Part shown: positions 1-12,562 of the stretch, piece by piece
Layout: each line of letters begins with the position of its first letter
Numbering within the stretch: position 1 is the first letter of the stretch
Source of the DNA: Octopus bimaculoides
Taxonomy: Eukaryota
Assembly: GCF_001194135.2 (NCBI RefSeq)
Contig: NC_068987.1
Span: 4,600,792-4,664,326, forward strand
Direction: 5' to 3'
DNA: 63,535 nt
Position numbers and translations under genes: made by a program
Notes under the pieces: generated by a model
Database searches by the model: none
What the model was told of the DNA's origin: nothing
Seen by the model: only the letters and a program-made list of their open reading frames with translations

Positions 1-29
1 TATATATATATACATACATATATATATTC

Positions 30-366
30 TTTTATTCTTTTACTTGCTTCAGTCATTTGACTGTGGCCATGCTGTAGCACCGCCTTTAGTCGAGTAAATT
101 GACCCTAGGACTTATTCTTTGTAAGCCTAGTACTATTCTATCGGTCTATTTTGCTGAACCGCTAAATTACAGACACATACACACGCACACACACACATAT
201 ATATATACATATATATATACAACAGGCTTCTTTCAGTTTTTGTCTACCAAATCCACTCACACGGCTTTGGTCAGCCTGAGGCTATAGTAGAAGACACTTG
301 CCTAAGGTGAACCCAGAACCATCTGGTTAGTAAGCAAGCTACTTACCACACAGCCACTCCTGCACC
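30..366 (-). mobile_element. tRNA-derived SINE family 1
   Basis: Matches copies at about 7070-7745, 9930-10298, 18178-18350, 23965-24090, 30970-31135, 35585-36200 and 62620-63140 (all minus) and 48880-49020 (plus). Confidence 0.85.
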
Positions 367-1080
367 TATATATATATATATATATATATATATTTTCATT
401 TTTGATACTTTTCACACTTTCTCTACGTGTTCATATTTCTGAAGCCTGAACCTAAGTTATACATTGATTTGTAATAAAACTAAACTTAGATTGTATTCCA
501 ATTTGTAATGTACTAATCCTCTCACCTCAAAATTTGAAATATATATGCACTACCATTAAAAAGAAATAAAAGCATAACTTTAATAAACTTTCCCCATTTC
601 CAGCTTACATTCCATCACAAACTAAGCTGTTTGCATCTTTTTGTGAGAAAACAGACAAGAATTTAGAATAATGCAATAATGTTCATCTGGATTAAATCTA
701 TATTTAGGAGTACGGATAAGTAAGAGATGAACTGTTCACTAGATTAGCTGCCAGTGACATTCACAGATAGTAATCCTAGAGCTTATGACTATTTCTGTGA
801 GTTAGATTAACTGATACCTATGCTACTGCTGTGCTATTTGTGTTTGGACATAACCGAGGATCAAACTGAGCCGCAATAGCTGGAGTTGAGCCTTAATTAT
901 GAACAGAATAACCATTATACCTTATTTATTATTTCCATCGGAATTTGGAATAGAAAATAAAAATTAGATAGCAATACAAATTCCATTGTAGTTATTAAAG
1001 AGAATTAATAAATTCTCCCTGTAAATGGGAGGAAAAAACAAAAAGGAAAAAAGACATTGAATGAAAATGCAAAAACTTAC

Positions 1081-1931
1081 TCTCTTTCCACTTTGCAAAT
1101 GAATAACACAATGAGCAGATGATACAGTTTGGCCTTTGACCTCATCACCACTATCATCATCATCATCATTGATTTGGTGTTGGTTAGTAGAAGGTACAAA
1201 TGATGTATATGAGAGATTTTGATCTTTAACAGCATGCGGGTTAGTAAGTGAAGAACTTCTGGTTTCCAATAGATGTCCATTATGATATGATTGATGAGGA
1301 ATAATCAGTTCGTTATTTTCTTTAGATTTAGGTATTATTTTACAAGTGGATGTTCCGTCTTTTAATCGAGTATTTTCTGGTGTCTGTAAAAAAACTTGTG
1401 CAACAGCTGTTTCGTTAATTATGTCTTTTCTTAAATTTTGGCCTGATACACCTGTTACATCTTTCGAAGGTGGTTTGTAAATCTTCTGAGCTAATGCAGA
1501 TGATATGCTTTCTCTAGCAGTTTGTTTGAGATCAACTTCAGGAGGCCATCTCCCTCGCACATCCGTTTTGTAATCTAGTCGCTGCGTAATGGACCCGTTT
1601 CCATTTACACCTGATGACCAACTTGTCAATTTTTCTGGACGCTTTGCCATAGAAATCTGTGCAGTTTGAGCATGAGGCCATCTTTTGACAACACTTTTCT
1701 GGCTAACAAGAACAGCTGGCTTTGTTTCAGGTTCACAATGTGGGGAAGAATCAGTTTCAGAATCGTAGCGTTTGGAAATATCATGTATCTTGGTAGCTTT
1801 TTCTGGTGGCCATTTATTGCTAACTTTGACTGCCTTTTCTCTTACTCTCAGACCAGAATTATTGTTGTTATTATTCTTTGTGGTTATATCGTTGTTGTTG
1901 TTGTTATAATAACGATTATTATCACTATTAA

Positions 1932-1965
<34 letters not shown>

Positions 1966-2169
1966 GGACAAATTTTTATTTTTAGAATTAGTAAGATCTT
2001 CGAGAATGGAAGTGTTTTTAACTCCACTTTCAGTTGACAGTTTATTGTGGTAGGATTGGATCTTAGTTTTGCTATTGTTTAAGGAACCTTCTAGTTTAGA
2101 TTTATAGTCTTTTATTGAAACACTGTTAATTAGGGTTCGTGATGGCGCTTTAAAGGAAGAAATTAAACC
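1081..2169 (-). CDS. Large internal exon, 363 codons, phase 0/0: GLISSFKAPSRTLINSVSIKDYK...poly-Asn...KWPP/RWPH/RWPP...DDDDD...LQSGKR
   Basis: Acceptor ttacttttcccag|GGT at 2170/2169 and donor AGA|GTAAGT at 1081/1080. 1089 nt open, extending ORF 964..1971 upstream. A coding (AAT)n tract lies at about 1921-1965. Confidence 0.85.
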
Positions 2170-2479
2170 CTGGGAAAAGTAAATTAAGAATACAATATTA
2201 CAATAATAATAATATTGGACTTTTAAAAAATACTGGCAGATAGAAAGAGTATCGTCTAAAATACTGAAATAAATTAAACTGGGATGAAATCAAGGACACA
2301 ATCTAAATCTTTAACATAGTGACAGTAGTTGAAGTGTTATGTTCTAAACAACCATAACTATGGAGTTGAAATCTTTAACCTAATAAATGAATGTTGGGAA
2401 GATCTGTAAATTTAGGCATCAAAATAAGAATATTCATAAAGCATGGAATTGACAGACTTTTCTAGTAATAATAATTGTT

Positions 2480-2690
2480 TCAAATTTTGGCACAAGGCTA
2501 GCAATTTTGAGGGGAGGGGTAAGTCAATTGCATTGACTCCAGTACTTGACTGTTCTTTATTTTATTGATCCCCAAAAGGTTGAAAGGCAAAGTTGACCAC
2601 AGCAGTATTTGAACTCAGAACATACAGAGTCAGAAGAAATGCTGCTAAGTATTTTGTCCAACATGCAAACAACTCTGCTAGCAATAATAA
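2480..2690 (-). mobile_element. SINE family 2
   Basis: Shared core gaaaggcaaagttgacc...atttgaactcagaac. Other copies at about 3520-3720, 5980-6156, 6218-6430 and 61527-61751 (minus), and 20610-20760, 37670-37860 and 40690-40820 (plus). Confidence 0.8.
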
Positions 2691-3898
2691 AGATTCAGCA
2701 GGATTCAAAATTTGAAGAAAGATTCCTACCAAACTTTGCAAAGACTCATTGACAACACTCCAAGAACCAGTAGTCTTTTCCTGATGCTCAGCACCTTATT
2801 CAAAGATGCAGCTAATTTCAATTTGCAGAAAATTCAACAGAAATTAACTTAATAACTATTGAAAATTTTCCATGGCTATAAATACGGAAAATTTCTTATT
2901 TCACTATGTACAATAATCCATTGAGCTAGTTGGCATTATCTTTGATTTAAGCTGCCATTATGTGAATAATAGCTAAATCTCATCTATACCTTGAAAAGTA
3001 CAGATACTGAATAGATTAACATCCTTCAAGTACTGGTAATGTTGTTAGCTCTTAACTGCTGGAAACATCAACTAAATCAAGATAAGGGATTAGCTCAAAA
3101 TGCAATCCAACTCTTACAGAAGCAGTGTATCCAAGCGTTTATAATAACAACATGCAGTGAACTACCACTTTATCTACTTCAACATGGTATCTCTGATAAC
3201 AAATATTTTGTAGTGGAGTTGATATAATCAACTGGACCAATTCCAGTGTGATATTGGCATGAAACTACAAGAAATCTTCTATGTATTCACTTGACTTGTT
3301 TAATCTAACAGCTAAACCTAGGTAAAAAAAAAAAAAATCTTTTCATCTCTAGAATGGAAACCATATTTAGTCAAGACCTTGCTAAATGTGACACTCACAT
3401 AAATTCACATTTTACTAACTAGAAATGTGAAGAACAAAGTCAACCCAGAAAGCACCAAACCAAAGAAATATTATAAAACACCTAGTTTTGTCATTTCGGG
3501 GCACATCTCTAAAACTATAGGTACAAGGCCAGCAGCTTTGAGGAGAGGGAAAGTCGATTATACTGACTTCTCTGCTCAACTGGTGCTTATTTTATCAACC
3601 CTGGAAGAATGAAAGGCAAAGTCAACCATAGCAGAATCTGAACACAGAACATAAGGCAAGAAGAAATGCTGCTAAGCATTTTGTCTGGCACACTAATGAT
3701 TCTGCATGTTCATTGCCTTTTTTGCATTATTCTAAATCGATAAATCTTTAACAGTACAAATAAAATCAATAAAAAAATTAAAAGCTTCTCAAATTTCTTG
3801 AAATTTAAAAAAAAGTAACTCTACTCAATTCTGAAGGATTTGTTATTTTATTTTCTTAACAATGAATAAAATCGAACAAATGCCTCAAGGATGCTTAC

Positions 3899-3964
3899 GT
3901 TTTCTTGAAGATTTATATTTCTTTTAGCAAATTCTTTTGGTTCTTGTTTACTCACAGCTTCAAA
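3899..3964 (-). CDS. Exon, 22 codons, phase 0/0: FEAVSKQEPKEFAKRNINLQEN; an internal donor could give a 9-nt FEA microexon
   Basis: Acceptor tttttccccatacag|TTT and donor AAC|GTAAGC. Second donor GCT|GTGAGT after 3956. Confidence 0.65.
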
Positions 3965-4780
3965 CTGTATGGGGAAAAATGTTTGGTTCTTAAGACAAGA
4001 CAGAAAGTAAGTGAGATCTACTTTTGCTTTAAATGTTCAATATCTAACATCTTGATACAGTTAGTAATTTAATAGGGTGAAGAAAACTATTTCTAAAAAA
4101 GCAAGAGACAAAAAAACTAAATAATGTTTGCTTTCCATTTTTTTTACATCCATTTTTTGTGCTCTCTGCCTTTTTCATTTTTCTTTTACTTGGTTTATTT
4201 AGAAACTTGTACATAGATTGTTGCAAAAAATATCTTTCAAGCTGAATGCCTTTCCTGCTACTAACCACCCAACCATGAACTGAAGTCTATTTTACCAGTG
4301 CGGATGGATGAGGTAAGTAATACAATCTACCTTGAATAACACAAATGACTAGTCCAAGGATTGAACTCAGTAACACTGAAGCAGTTACGCTAGAGGAAAT
4401 TCTAACGGTAAGAGTTACACATTGAATACATGAATAAACACAATACTAATGAAGCATATGCATGAGTGAGGTATATGTGTGTATTATAGTTTTCCCTTCA
4501 TTACATTATGATATAGATAAGAAAAGGAAAACAGTGTTAGATTACAGAGTGAAAGAGATAGGTGGAGCCAATAGCTAGGATAGAGCAGGATGAAAATAGC
4601 AAGTTCTGTAAACATTCTGTAAGTTACTCAGATAGATTTAACAGCAGGGTATCATTTGCCAGCCAAAAATAGCCGGACAATAAATGAGTCGAAATATTTT
4701 AGCTGAAAATACCATTACATAATTTTATCATGATATCTCTTAACACAATCACTTGAAAACTAATCATTTGTTTCCTTTCT

Positions 4781-4816
<36 letters not shown>

Positions 4817-5908
4817 TATATATACATCATCATCAATATTTGTTTTTGTTTATTTGATCTAAACATAAGGAAAATAGTTTTGATTTTATTCCTTTTTAAC
4901 TGTTTCTTAGAAATTTTAGAAATTAACTTGGAAGATGCCAAAAATGAACACTATCGTACAAACACACACAGATGTATATTTATTATATTCATTATATGTA
5001 TTGTGTGTATATGTTTGAGTGTGTGTGCACACACAAAACACAGCATGTGTTTGAAATCTAAAACTAATTTAAAGTAATCAAGCTACGGATGTTTTAAAGC
5101 GTTTACATTGAAACTTTCCATGCATATATTTACATCTGTTTAAAGTTTCACAGTGAGGGTTTAAAAATAACTGTGGTTTAACTAATTCAAGTTTATTTTA
5201 GATATAGGTGTGTATATGTGCAAATACACATATACACATATATTCATGTCTATACAAATATACATGAATCTGAGATAACTTTAAAGCTAATTTTCTAGAT
5301 TTTTATGTGTATATCAGATAATTGTACATGAACTGTTGGAGGAAATATTTAAATATTTTTTTTATATCTGGATGATAACCCATTTTCTAGTGCTAACAAT
5401 TAAACTTTAAACTGATTTGTCTGAGACAAGAACAATTCCATAACAGTTGGTTAAAGTTTTCCTTTCCAAAAAGATTAAATTTGGACATTTATTGTTCTTA
5501 CTTTCTTTTGTATATCCTTCAAGTTTGAACCTCTGTTAGGAATAAGATTCTTCTCAGGAGTGCCATTCCTTTTATTTGTCTAAAATTAAATTTTGGTCAT
5601 TTATCATCAGGCATATATAGAAAACTGTTCTTAACAATAGTAAGAATATTGATATTAGAGATAATAATGTTGATATCGAATAGTAATTTTTATTGATTAC
5701 AATGTCATTATAATATAACTAACATAGCCAAGAAGTTTGAGAATGGATACAGTCAGGTACATCTCCCTCCAATATTCAGCTGGTTATTATTTTTCTGACC
5801 CCATGAGGTTAAAAAGTAAAGCTGAACCTCAAAACATATGGATTCAGATTGTAGAGGGTCGTGTAACTAAACAACATGATGAGGCATTTTGTCATAATAA
5901 TAATAATG

Positions 5909-5956
<48 letters not shown>

Positions 5957-6154
5957 GTAATAATAATTATGGTTCCAAATTTTGACACAGGGCCAGCAGT
6001 TTTTGAGGGGAGGGGTAAGTCTATTATATTAACCCCATACTTGACGAAAGGTGAAGTTGACCTCGGTGGAAGCAGAGATCAGAATGTAAAAACCATCATA
6101 AATTGCTACTAAGCAACTTGTCTGGTATGCTAATGAGTCTACCAGCTCACCGCC

Positions 6155-6216
<62 letters not shown>

Positions 6217-6432
6217 CCTTTCTACTCTAGGCACAAGGCCTGAAATTTGGGGGAGGAGGATAGTCGATTACATTGACCCCAGTGTTTCACTGGTACTTAA
6301 TTTAATGACCCTGAAAGGATCAAAGGCAAAGTTGGCCTCAGCAGCATTTGAACTCAGAACATAGCGGCAGACAAAATACCACTAAGCATTTCGCCCAGCC
6401 TGCTAACAATTCTGCTAGATCAATGCCCTAAC

Positions 6433-6488
<56 letters not shown>

Positions 6489-6819
6489 TAAGTGATTTCT
6501 ACTTTTGGCAGGAGACCACAAATTCTGTACAGTGGGTACAATCAATTAAATTAACCCAGGTACATATTTTATCAATTTTGAAAGATTAAAAAACAAGGCA
6601 AACCTTGTTGGGAGGTGAAGGGATGTAGCTAAATACTAAATGACATTTCATCTAACATTCCACTAATTCTGGCAATTTATCATCCAAGATGTGAATGCCC
6701 ACATTTCTTACAAAAATATTTCAATTGATTGATAGCATTGAAATTTGTTAAAAAAAATTTGGAATAATTATTTGAGTTGCTAGTTTTAGAGAGAATTCCA
6801 TAGACTAAGTTGTTCCTAC

Positions 6820-6924
6820 CTGGTAATCTGGTTGTTTTGGATCTTTCAACCATGGAACCGGTTCCAAATGATTGGTATGAACACTAAGAAAACTAAATTT
6901 ACCAGAGTCAGGTGAAGTGGATTC
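6820..6924 (-). CDS. Exon, 35 codons, phase 0/0: ESTSPDSGKFSFLSVHTNHLEPVPWLKDPKQPDYQ
   Basis: Acceptor atctcttctttag|GAA and donor CAG|GTAGGA. 105 nt open. Confidence 0.7.
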
Positions 6925-7309
6925 CTAAAGAAGAGATATTCAACTCTTTTAATCAGGTTGATTAAAGAATTTCGCTTGGATGGTGATACTCACCTGCTAG
7001 AACTAATGTAATCAATGCAGTCCATAATTAAGAAAACAAATTAGAATAATTAATTAAATACTACAAAACGTTTCAGTCATTGTACTGTGCAGCCATACTG
7101 GAGCACTGCCTTGTAGAGCGAGATGGATAAAACAACTCCAGTACACATTTTAAGTTGTACTTATTGTATTGATTTTCTTTTGGTGAATCATGAAGCTACT
7201 GAGATGCAAACAAACCAACAGTGGTTTGTCAAGGAGTGGGGTAGGGGTGAGGCAAACAGAAATGAACACATATATACACACATGTATGTATATGTCTATG
7301 TATGTGTGC

Positions 7310-7348
<39 letters not shown>

Positions 7349-7787
7349 NNNNNNNNNNNNNNNNNNNNNNNNNNNNNNNNNNNNNNNNNNNNNNNNNNNN
7401 NNNNNNNNNNNNNNNNNNNNNNNNNNNNNNNNNNNNNNNNNNNNNNNNNNNNNNNNNNNNNNNNNNNNNNNNNNNNNNNNNNNNNNNNNNNNNNNNNNNN
7501 NNNNNNNNNNNNNNNNNNNNNNNNNNNNNNNNNNNNNNNNNNNNNNNNNNNNNNNNNNNNNNNNNNNNNNNNNNNNNNNNNNNTATATATACATCTACAG
7601 TTTCTGTCTGCCAAATTCATTCACAAAGCAGTGTTTCGTCCTAGACCAAAGTAGAAGACACTTACTCAAAGTGCTGCACAGTAGGACTGAACCCCAAATC
7701 TTGTGATTGCAAAGTGAATTTCTAAACCACACAGCTATCCTTGCACTTTTATTTTTATCTCATTTTATTTATTTATTTTAATCAATA

Positions 7788-8180
7788 GAGGCTAACGAGA
7801 GTAAAATGAGGAAACATACTAAGCTGGTGGAATTATGTCAAAGTAACAAGTGTCAAGTGATCCCATCACAAGAGGATGCAGAAGGTTTGTCAGCCAATCC
7901 TTCAGCAGAACTCACAACATACTTGACATCACAGGGGCCAATAGGCTGAAGGTTATCTGGTTGACTGTAGGGGCAACAATGGTTGCCTCAAGATAACTGT
8001 GGGTCAGAAGGCAAAAGTCCTGGAATGAGCAATGCTACCAGGGATGGTGTCAACTGGACACAAGATGGGGCTGGGTTACCTGGATGATGGTGTCTGATGT
8101 TGAAGGGACCCAAACACCTGATAACCTCAGGAAACATCACTGATGATGTATCCAGGAGCATCAGAGGGAGATGTGTAGAA
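7788..8180 (+). mobile_element. 5'-truncated HERO-like (R2-group, restriction-like endonuclease) non-LTR retrotransposon 3' fragment
   Basis: Frameshifted peptides EANESKMRKHTKLVELCQSN and GCRRFVSQSFSRTHNILDITGANRLKVIWLTVGATMVASR*LWVRRQKSW resemble, from memory, the HERO C-terminus. The 3' UTR is shared with the 47.5 kb copy. Confidence 0.7.
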
Positions 8181-8844
8181 AAACTTGATGTACATTTTAA
8201 ATATGTGTACGTCCATGTAGGATTATGACATATGAGCCCAGTTGGACATGAAACTCTAGGCCTTTGAGTCACTCACATTTCATTTCTAGCAAATTAGAGA
8301 TGATACAATACTCCACGTAATATGCATTTAATTTACTTTTTTCAAATTATAAAACTAATCATGTCTTTTGACATTGCTGGGTTTCATAGTAGAATACTTC
8401 CCTATCTTTGGAATCTCTAGTACACAACTCAGTGTTGAGTCTCTTCATGGCTTTTAATATGACTATGACACATTCAAGTAGAGAGAAGAAGAGATACATT
8501 AAAAGGACAAGCTGAGTTTGCAAATTATGCCAGTAAAGAGAGAAGTTTATTTAGAGATAAGCGTACCAGTGTCGGTTGAAAGAATTTTGTACAAAATGGA
8601 CAAACTATTAAGAACGAGTGATAATGTTTAGGTTACGGTATAAATGTAGAATTTCATTCTATGCAATGTTCTTCATGATAACATTCTAACATCAATGTAA
8701 ACACTATCCACTTTATTTTAAATTCTTAATCAACTTCTACTTTTCATTGGGATTAAAGAAATGGAATTTGATAATCTGTTGGAAAAAAATAGTTACACAG
8801 CTTCATATTGGTTTGATGGCCTTTTTACTTATATTTAAAATTGT

Positions 8845-8895
<51 letters not shown>

Positions 8896-9263
8896 TTGTC
8901 TAGTTTACTTTGGCAAAACTGAGGAGAATCTTCATAACCTCGTAATCAAATCTTATTCCAAATCATTGAAATTACTGGAAGAACACCAGATTCCATATTG
9001 GTGAAATCTAAACTATTTTAGCACCCCTTTAAGAATGAAAAATAATGTCAGCTTCTCCAAGTTCTGAATTGAAAGACATGAGACTCTAATGTAAATAGTT
9101 CCTTCAAAATAAATGTTCCTTCTATATAATAACAGAACCTGTTTAGCAAATACATTCAACTAAATATATCAAAAAAACATCTAAGTATTTGGAACTCAAG
9201 TTAGAATGAAGGCAAATATTGTTGCAATAATGAAAAGAAATTTATATTTTTTAATTTGCTCAC

Positions 9264-9677
9264 CCTTGTTTCAGTTAGGTTTGAAGATTTATAAGTATAA
9301 TCATCGTTGGCAACCTTTGGGTACATATTATTCAGTATTGTTGCTGAAAGTTGCCCAGGATCTGCCAGAAGATTTGCAGTACTTACTCGTATTTCAGCAC
9401 AAGATTCAAAGGTGTCTTTTACAGGAGAGCAAAAAGAGTTATAAGAATTTCCATTGTGGTTTTGAAGTTCCAATGACGTGTCGGATTTCTCTGGTCCTTC
9501 TTCGAAGTCGCTATCACAATCATCCTCCTCCTCATCGTCATCATCTTTTTCATCATCCCCATCGTCCTCATTATTACAGCCATATGTGATGTCTCTTTTA
9601 ATGTTATAATGATATGAAACGGGGTCACAACCGTTTGATGTCTCCTTGGTAACCAGTTGTTTGTAACTTGCATTAAT
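9264..9677 (-). CDS. Acidic exon INASYKQLVTKETSNG...EDDGDDEKDDDDEEEDDCDSDFEEG...CAEIR, with two phase-0 donors (ends at 9387 or 9264)
   Basis: Acceptor tttattgcatgttaacag|ATT. Donors CGA|GTAAGT (97 codons) and AGG|GTGAGC (138 codons). Open throughout and overlaps ORF 9201..9473. Confidence 0.8.
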
Positions 9678-9903
9678 CTGTTAACATGCAATAAATAAAC
9701 ATGCAAGAAATAACATGCTATGATAACAAACAGACAAACAAAAGCAAAACAAAGCAGAAATCAATCAACAAAAAACACAACAAACATGGATTAACATGAA
9801 GATTAATCCATCTCATGCAGGATTAACAAAAGAAAAAGATGAAAACGTCTATAAAAGTGAAGAAAGCTGTAAGAGGGATTAGATCCTCTTTAAACTAAAC
9901 CTA

Positions 9904-10302
9904 TTCTTTTTTCTGTTATTCTTTCCTCCGTTTCAGTCATTTGACTGTGGCCATGCTGGAGCACCACCTTTAGTCAATCAAATCGACCCGAGGACTTATT
10001 CTTTGTAAGCCTAGTACTTATTCTATCATTCTCTTTTGCCAAACTGGTAGGTTACAGGGACGTAAACACACCAGCATTGGTTGTCAAGTGATGTTAAGAG
10101 GACAAACACAGATACACATACATATATATATACGATGGGCTTCTTTCAGTTTCCTGTACATCAAATCCACTCAGAAGGCTTTGGTCAGCCCTAGGCTACA
10201 GTAGAAGCCACTTGCCCAAGGTGCCACGCAGTGGGACTGAACCCAGAACCATGTGGTTGGTAAGTAAGCCACTTACCACACAGCCACTCCTGCACCTAAG
10301 AT
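9904..10302 (-). mobile_element. SINE family 1, near full length, with a long flanking duplication
   Basis: 28-bp direct repeat (26/28 identical) at 9876-9903 and 10303-10330. Confidence 0.85.
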
Positions 10303-10473
10303 GGATTAGATTATCTTTAAACTAAACCTAAGAGATAAAGATAATATATCACAATTTAATTTTTGATGATTGTGTATTATCACATTATTTGGTGGACATT
10401 GACGAGAGCTGCCACCAAATTACAAAGTAAATTAGAGGCTAGAAACTTAATATGGTAAGCACGACAGCTCTAA

Positions 10474-10688
10474 CCCTTTCGTTACCGACTTGGCTGAAAC
10501 TGGCTCTGTAGTACAAATGTCTTGTTTTCATAAGTTCTGAATTAAAATCTTCCACCAAACCTTAGTCACAATTTATGTTTCTAACACTAGCTTAATGATA
10601 ACTATGTTATTTTATTAAATTCTCTTTTATATCTAAAATAATTGAGAGAAACACAGAGCATCTCTAAATAAATACAGTAACGAAAGGG
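10474..10688. mobile_element. piggyBac-like MITE
   Basis: Perfect 12-bp TIR CCCTTTCGTTAC / GTAACGAAAGGG, flanked by degenerate TTAA (CTAA / TTGA). Confidence 0.7.
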
Positions 10689-11553
10689 TTGATGAGTCAA
10701 GGCCAAAGCTGTATATAGAAGAGATAAACAATGTTGAACATTGCTTGAATCAACCAAAGACAAGGGCAACAACTCAGTACCAAAAAAAAATTTTGGAAAC
10801 GGGTTGATGCACCAGAGAGAATGGGGGGGGGGGGAGGCCCAATTTATTGAAACTGGAAATAGGCACTGGGGGTGCTAGAAAGAGCAGTCAGATATTTGGC
10901 AGACATAGTAACAACTCTGCTTCGAAACTGACACAAAGTCAAATCTTAGGTATACATCTAGTTTAAAAAATAGATTTACTATCACATATCCAATAGCTTC
11001 AGTTTGTTATTTATAAATATTTTATTAACCACAAGAGGCTTGAGCTAAAATGCAAAGCTGCTCTCAGACAGATGCAGAATTTGGATTTAAGAGCTGTCAA
11101 GTACAAGACTACATATCATAAAGTTTTATGATATATTAAACTTTATGACATATTTCATACTCTAGATATATCATAGACTTTATGATACATATAAAAGTCT
11201 GCTCCTCTTCAAATTATTAATATTAGATACCAAACATTTACTGCTGCACAAAATTTCACCATAAATATATATTAAACACATAAGCGTGTGTATAGAATAT
11301 AAAAAAAAACATTTCATGTTATGTTATTTAATAACAAGAGATGTTGGGTGAAATAAAGTAAAAGAATATATATATTTCCAGAAAACAGGCAGATATTTTA
11401 TAGTATCATAATTACAATACGGTGCTTTATTTCACATATGTTTCTATTAGAGATATTTGAGGGTGATAATTATGATATATGCTCAACACCAGATTCTCAT
11501 CAAGTTTTCCCTTACACAATTATACTGTTCTTGCCTAGATATATATGCACACA

Positions 11554-11605
<52 letters not shown>

Positions 11606-11720
11606 CACACATATATATACATATATATATATATGTATGCATATGTATGTATACATATATATGTATATATAAATACATATATATATACATATATATATAT
11701 CTACATACATATCTATATAC

Positions 11721-11754
<34 letters not shown>

Positions 11755-12417
11755 ATATATATACATATATATGTATATGTATGCATATATTTGTGTATGT
11801 ATGTAGGTACTTAATAATATATGTGACTGCACACATACAGAGTGTTGCTTCTTTGATGAGGCTAGAAGGGAAGTAGACAAATAAGGTGCTAACGACTAGT
11901 TTTTATCACAGTCAGGTGGTGCTAGCTCTCTTCTATATCAGTGTATTAATAAATCCAATCAAGATTGCACAAGCAGAAGGTAAAACATACCTGACATTTA
12001 ATATTTGTTATACCTGTGTAGAAGAACGCTTGAAATGTGGCAAAGATTATTATTATCATCACTATCTCTTTTATTACTGAGACATATATATATATATATA
12101 TTTATATATATTCTTTATTTCTGGATTAACAAGGTTACCAATGGTTTCATGTCAAGAAGAATTTCTTGACAATTATCTAGCCTGCCCCTTGCGAAAGTTG
12201 GTGCTTGTCTCCCACAAATAAAGATTTTCCAATACGGTGTTGATCAGTCATTCTCATTGTTTAATATTTTAACATGTATATATATTTGTTTGTTTGATTT
12301 TTTTTAATGATAAGTTGTAATAAAAGCAATTTAACATTAAACTGGAGAATTACACAATATATATACATATATATATATTTTTTTTTTTTGTATTTTTAGT
12401 ATTTTTACAAGAGGGGT

Positions 12418-12490
12418 GATAGTGACTTCGAAATTTTAGCCTGCTAGCCTACATCAGACTGTCAGGCAGAAACTTCGAAGTCATTGTTGC
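12418..12490 (-). mobile_element. Family B PLE-like remnant: degenerate hammerhead with an inverted duplicate of its 3' part
   Basis: Minus strand GACAGT-CTGATGT-A-GGC-tagcag-GCT-AAAA-TTTCGAA-GTC^ACTATC. The plus strand has intact GAAACTTCGAAGTC at 12469-12482, and TGACTTCGAA/TTCGAAGTCA form an inverted pair. Confidence 0.5.
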
Positions 12491-12511
12491 TATTCTTTAT
12501 GTAAAAGTATA

Positions 12512-12562
<51 letters not shown>

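Noticed and set aside
7123-7706. Long ORFs spanning N runs (also 16869, 25674, 28064, 46865 and 48076 groups)
   Set aside because: Open only because N codons contain no stops; the flanks are (TA)n or (CA)n.
11438-11836. YI/HT/CV-repeat ORFs
   Set aside because: Translations of dinucleotide microsatellites.
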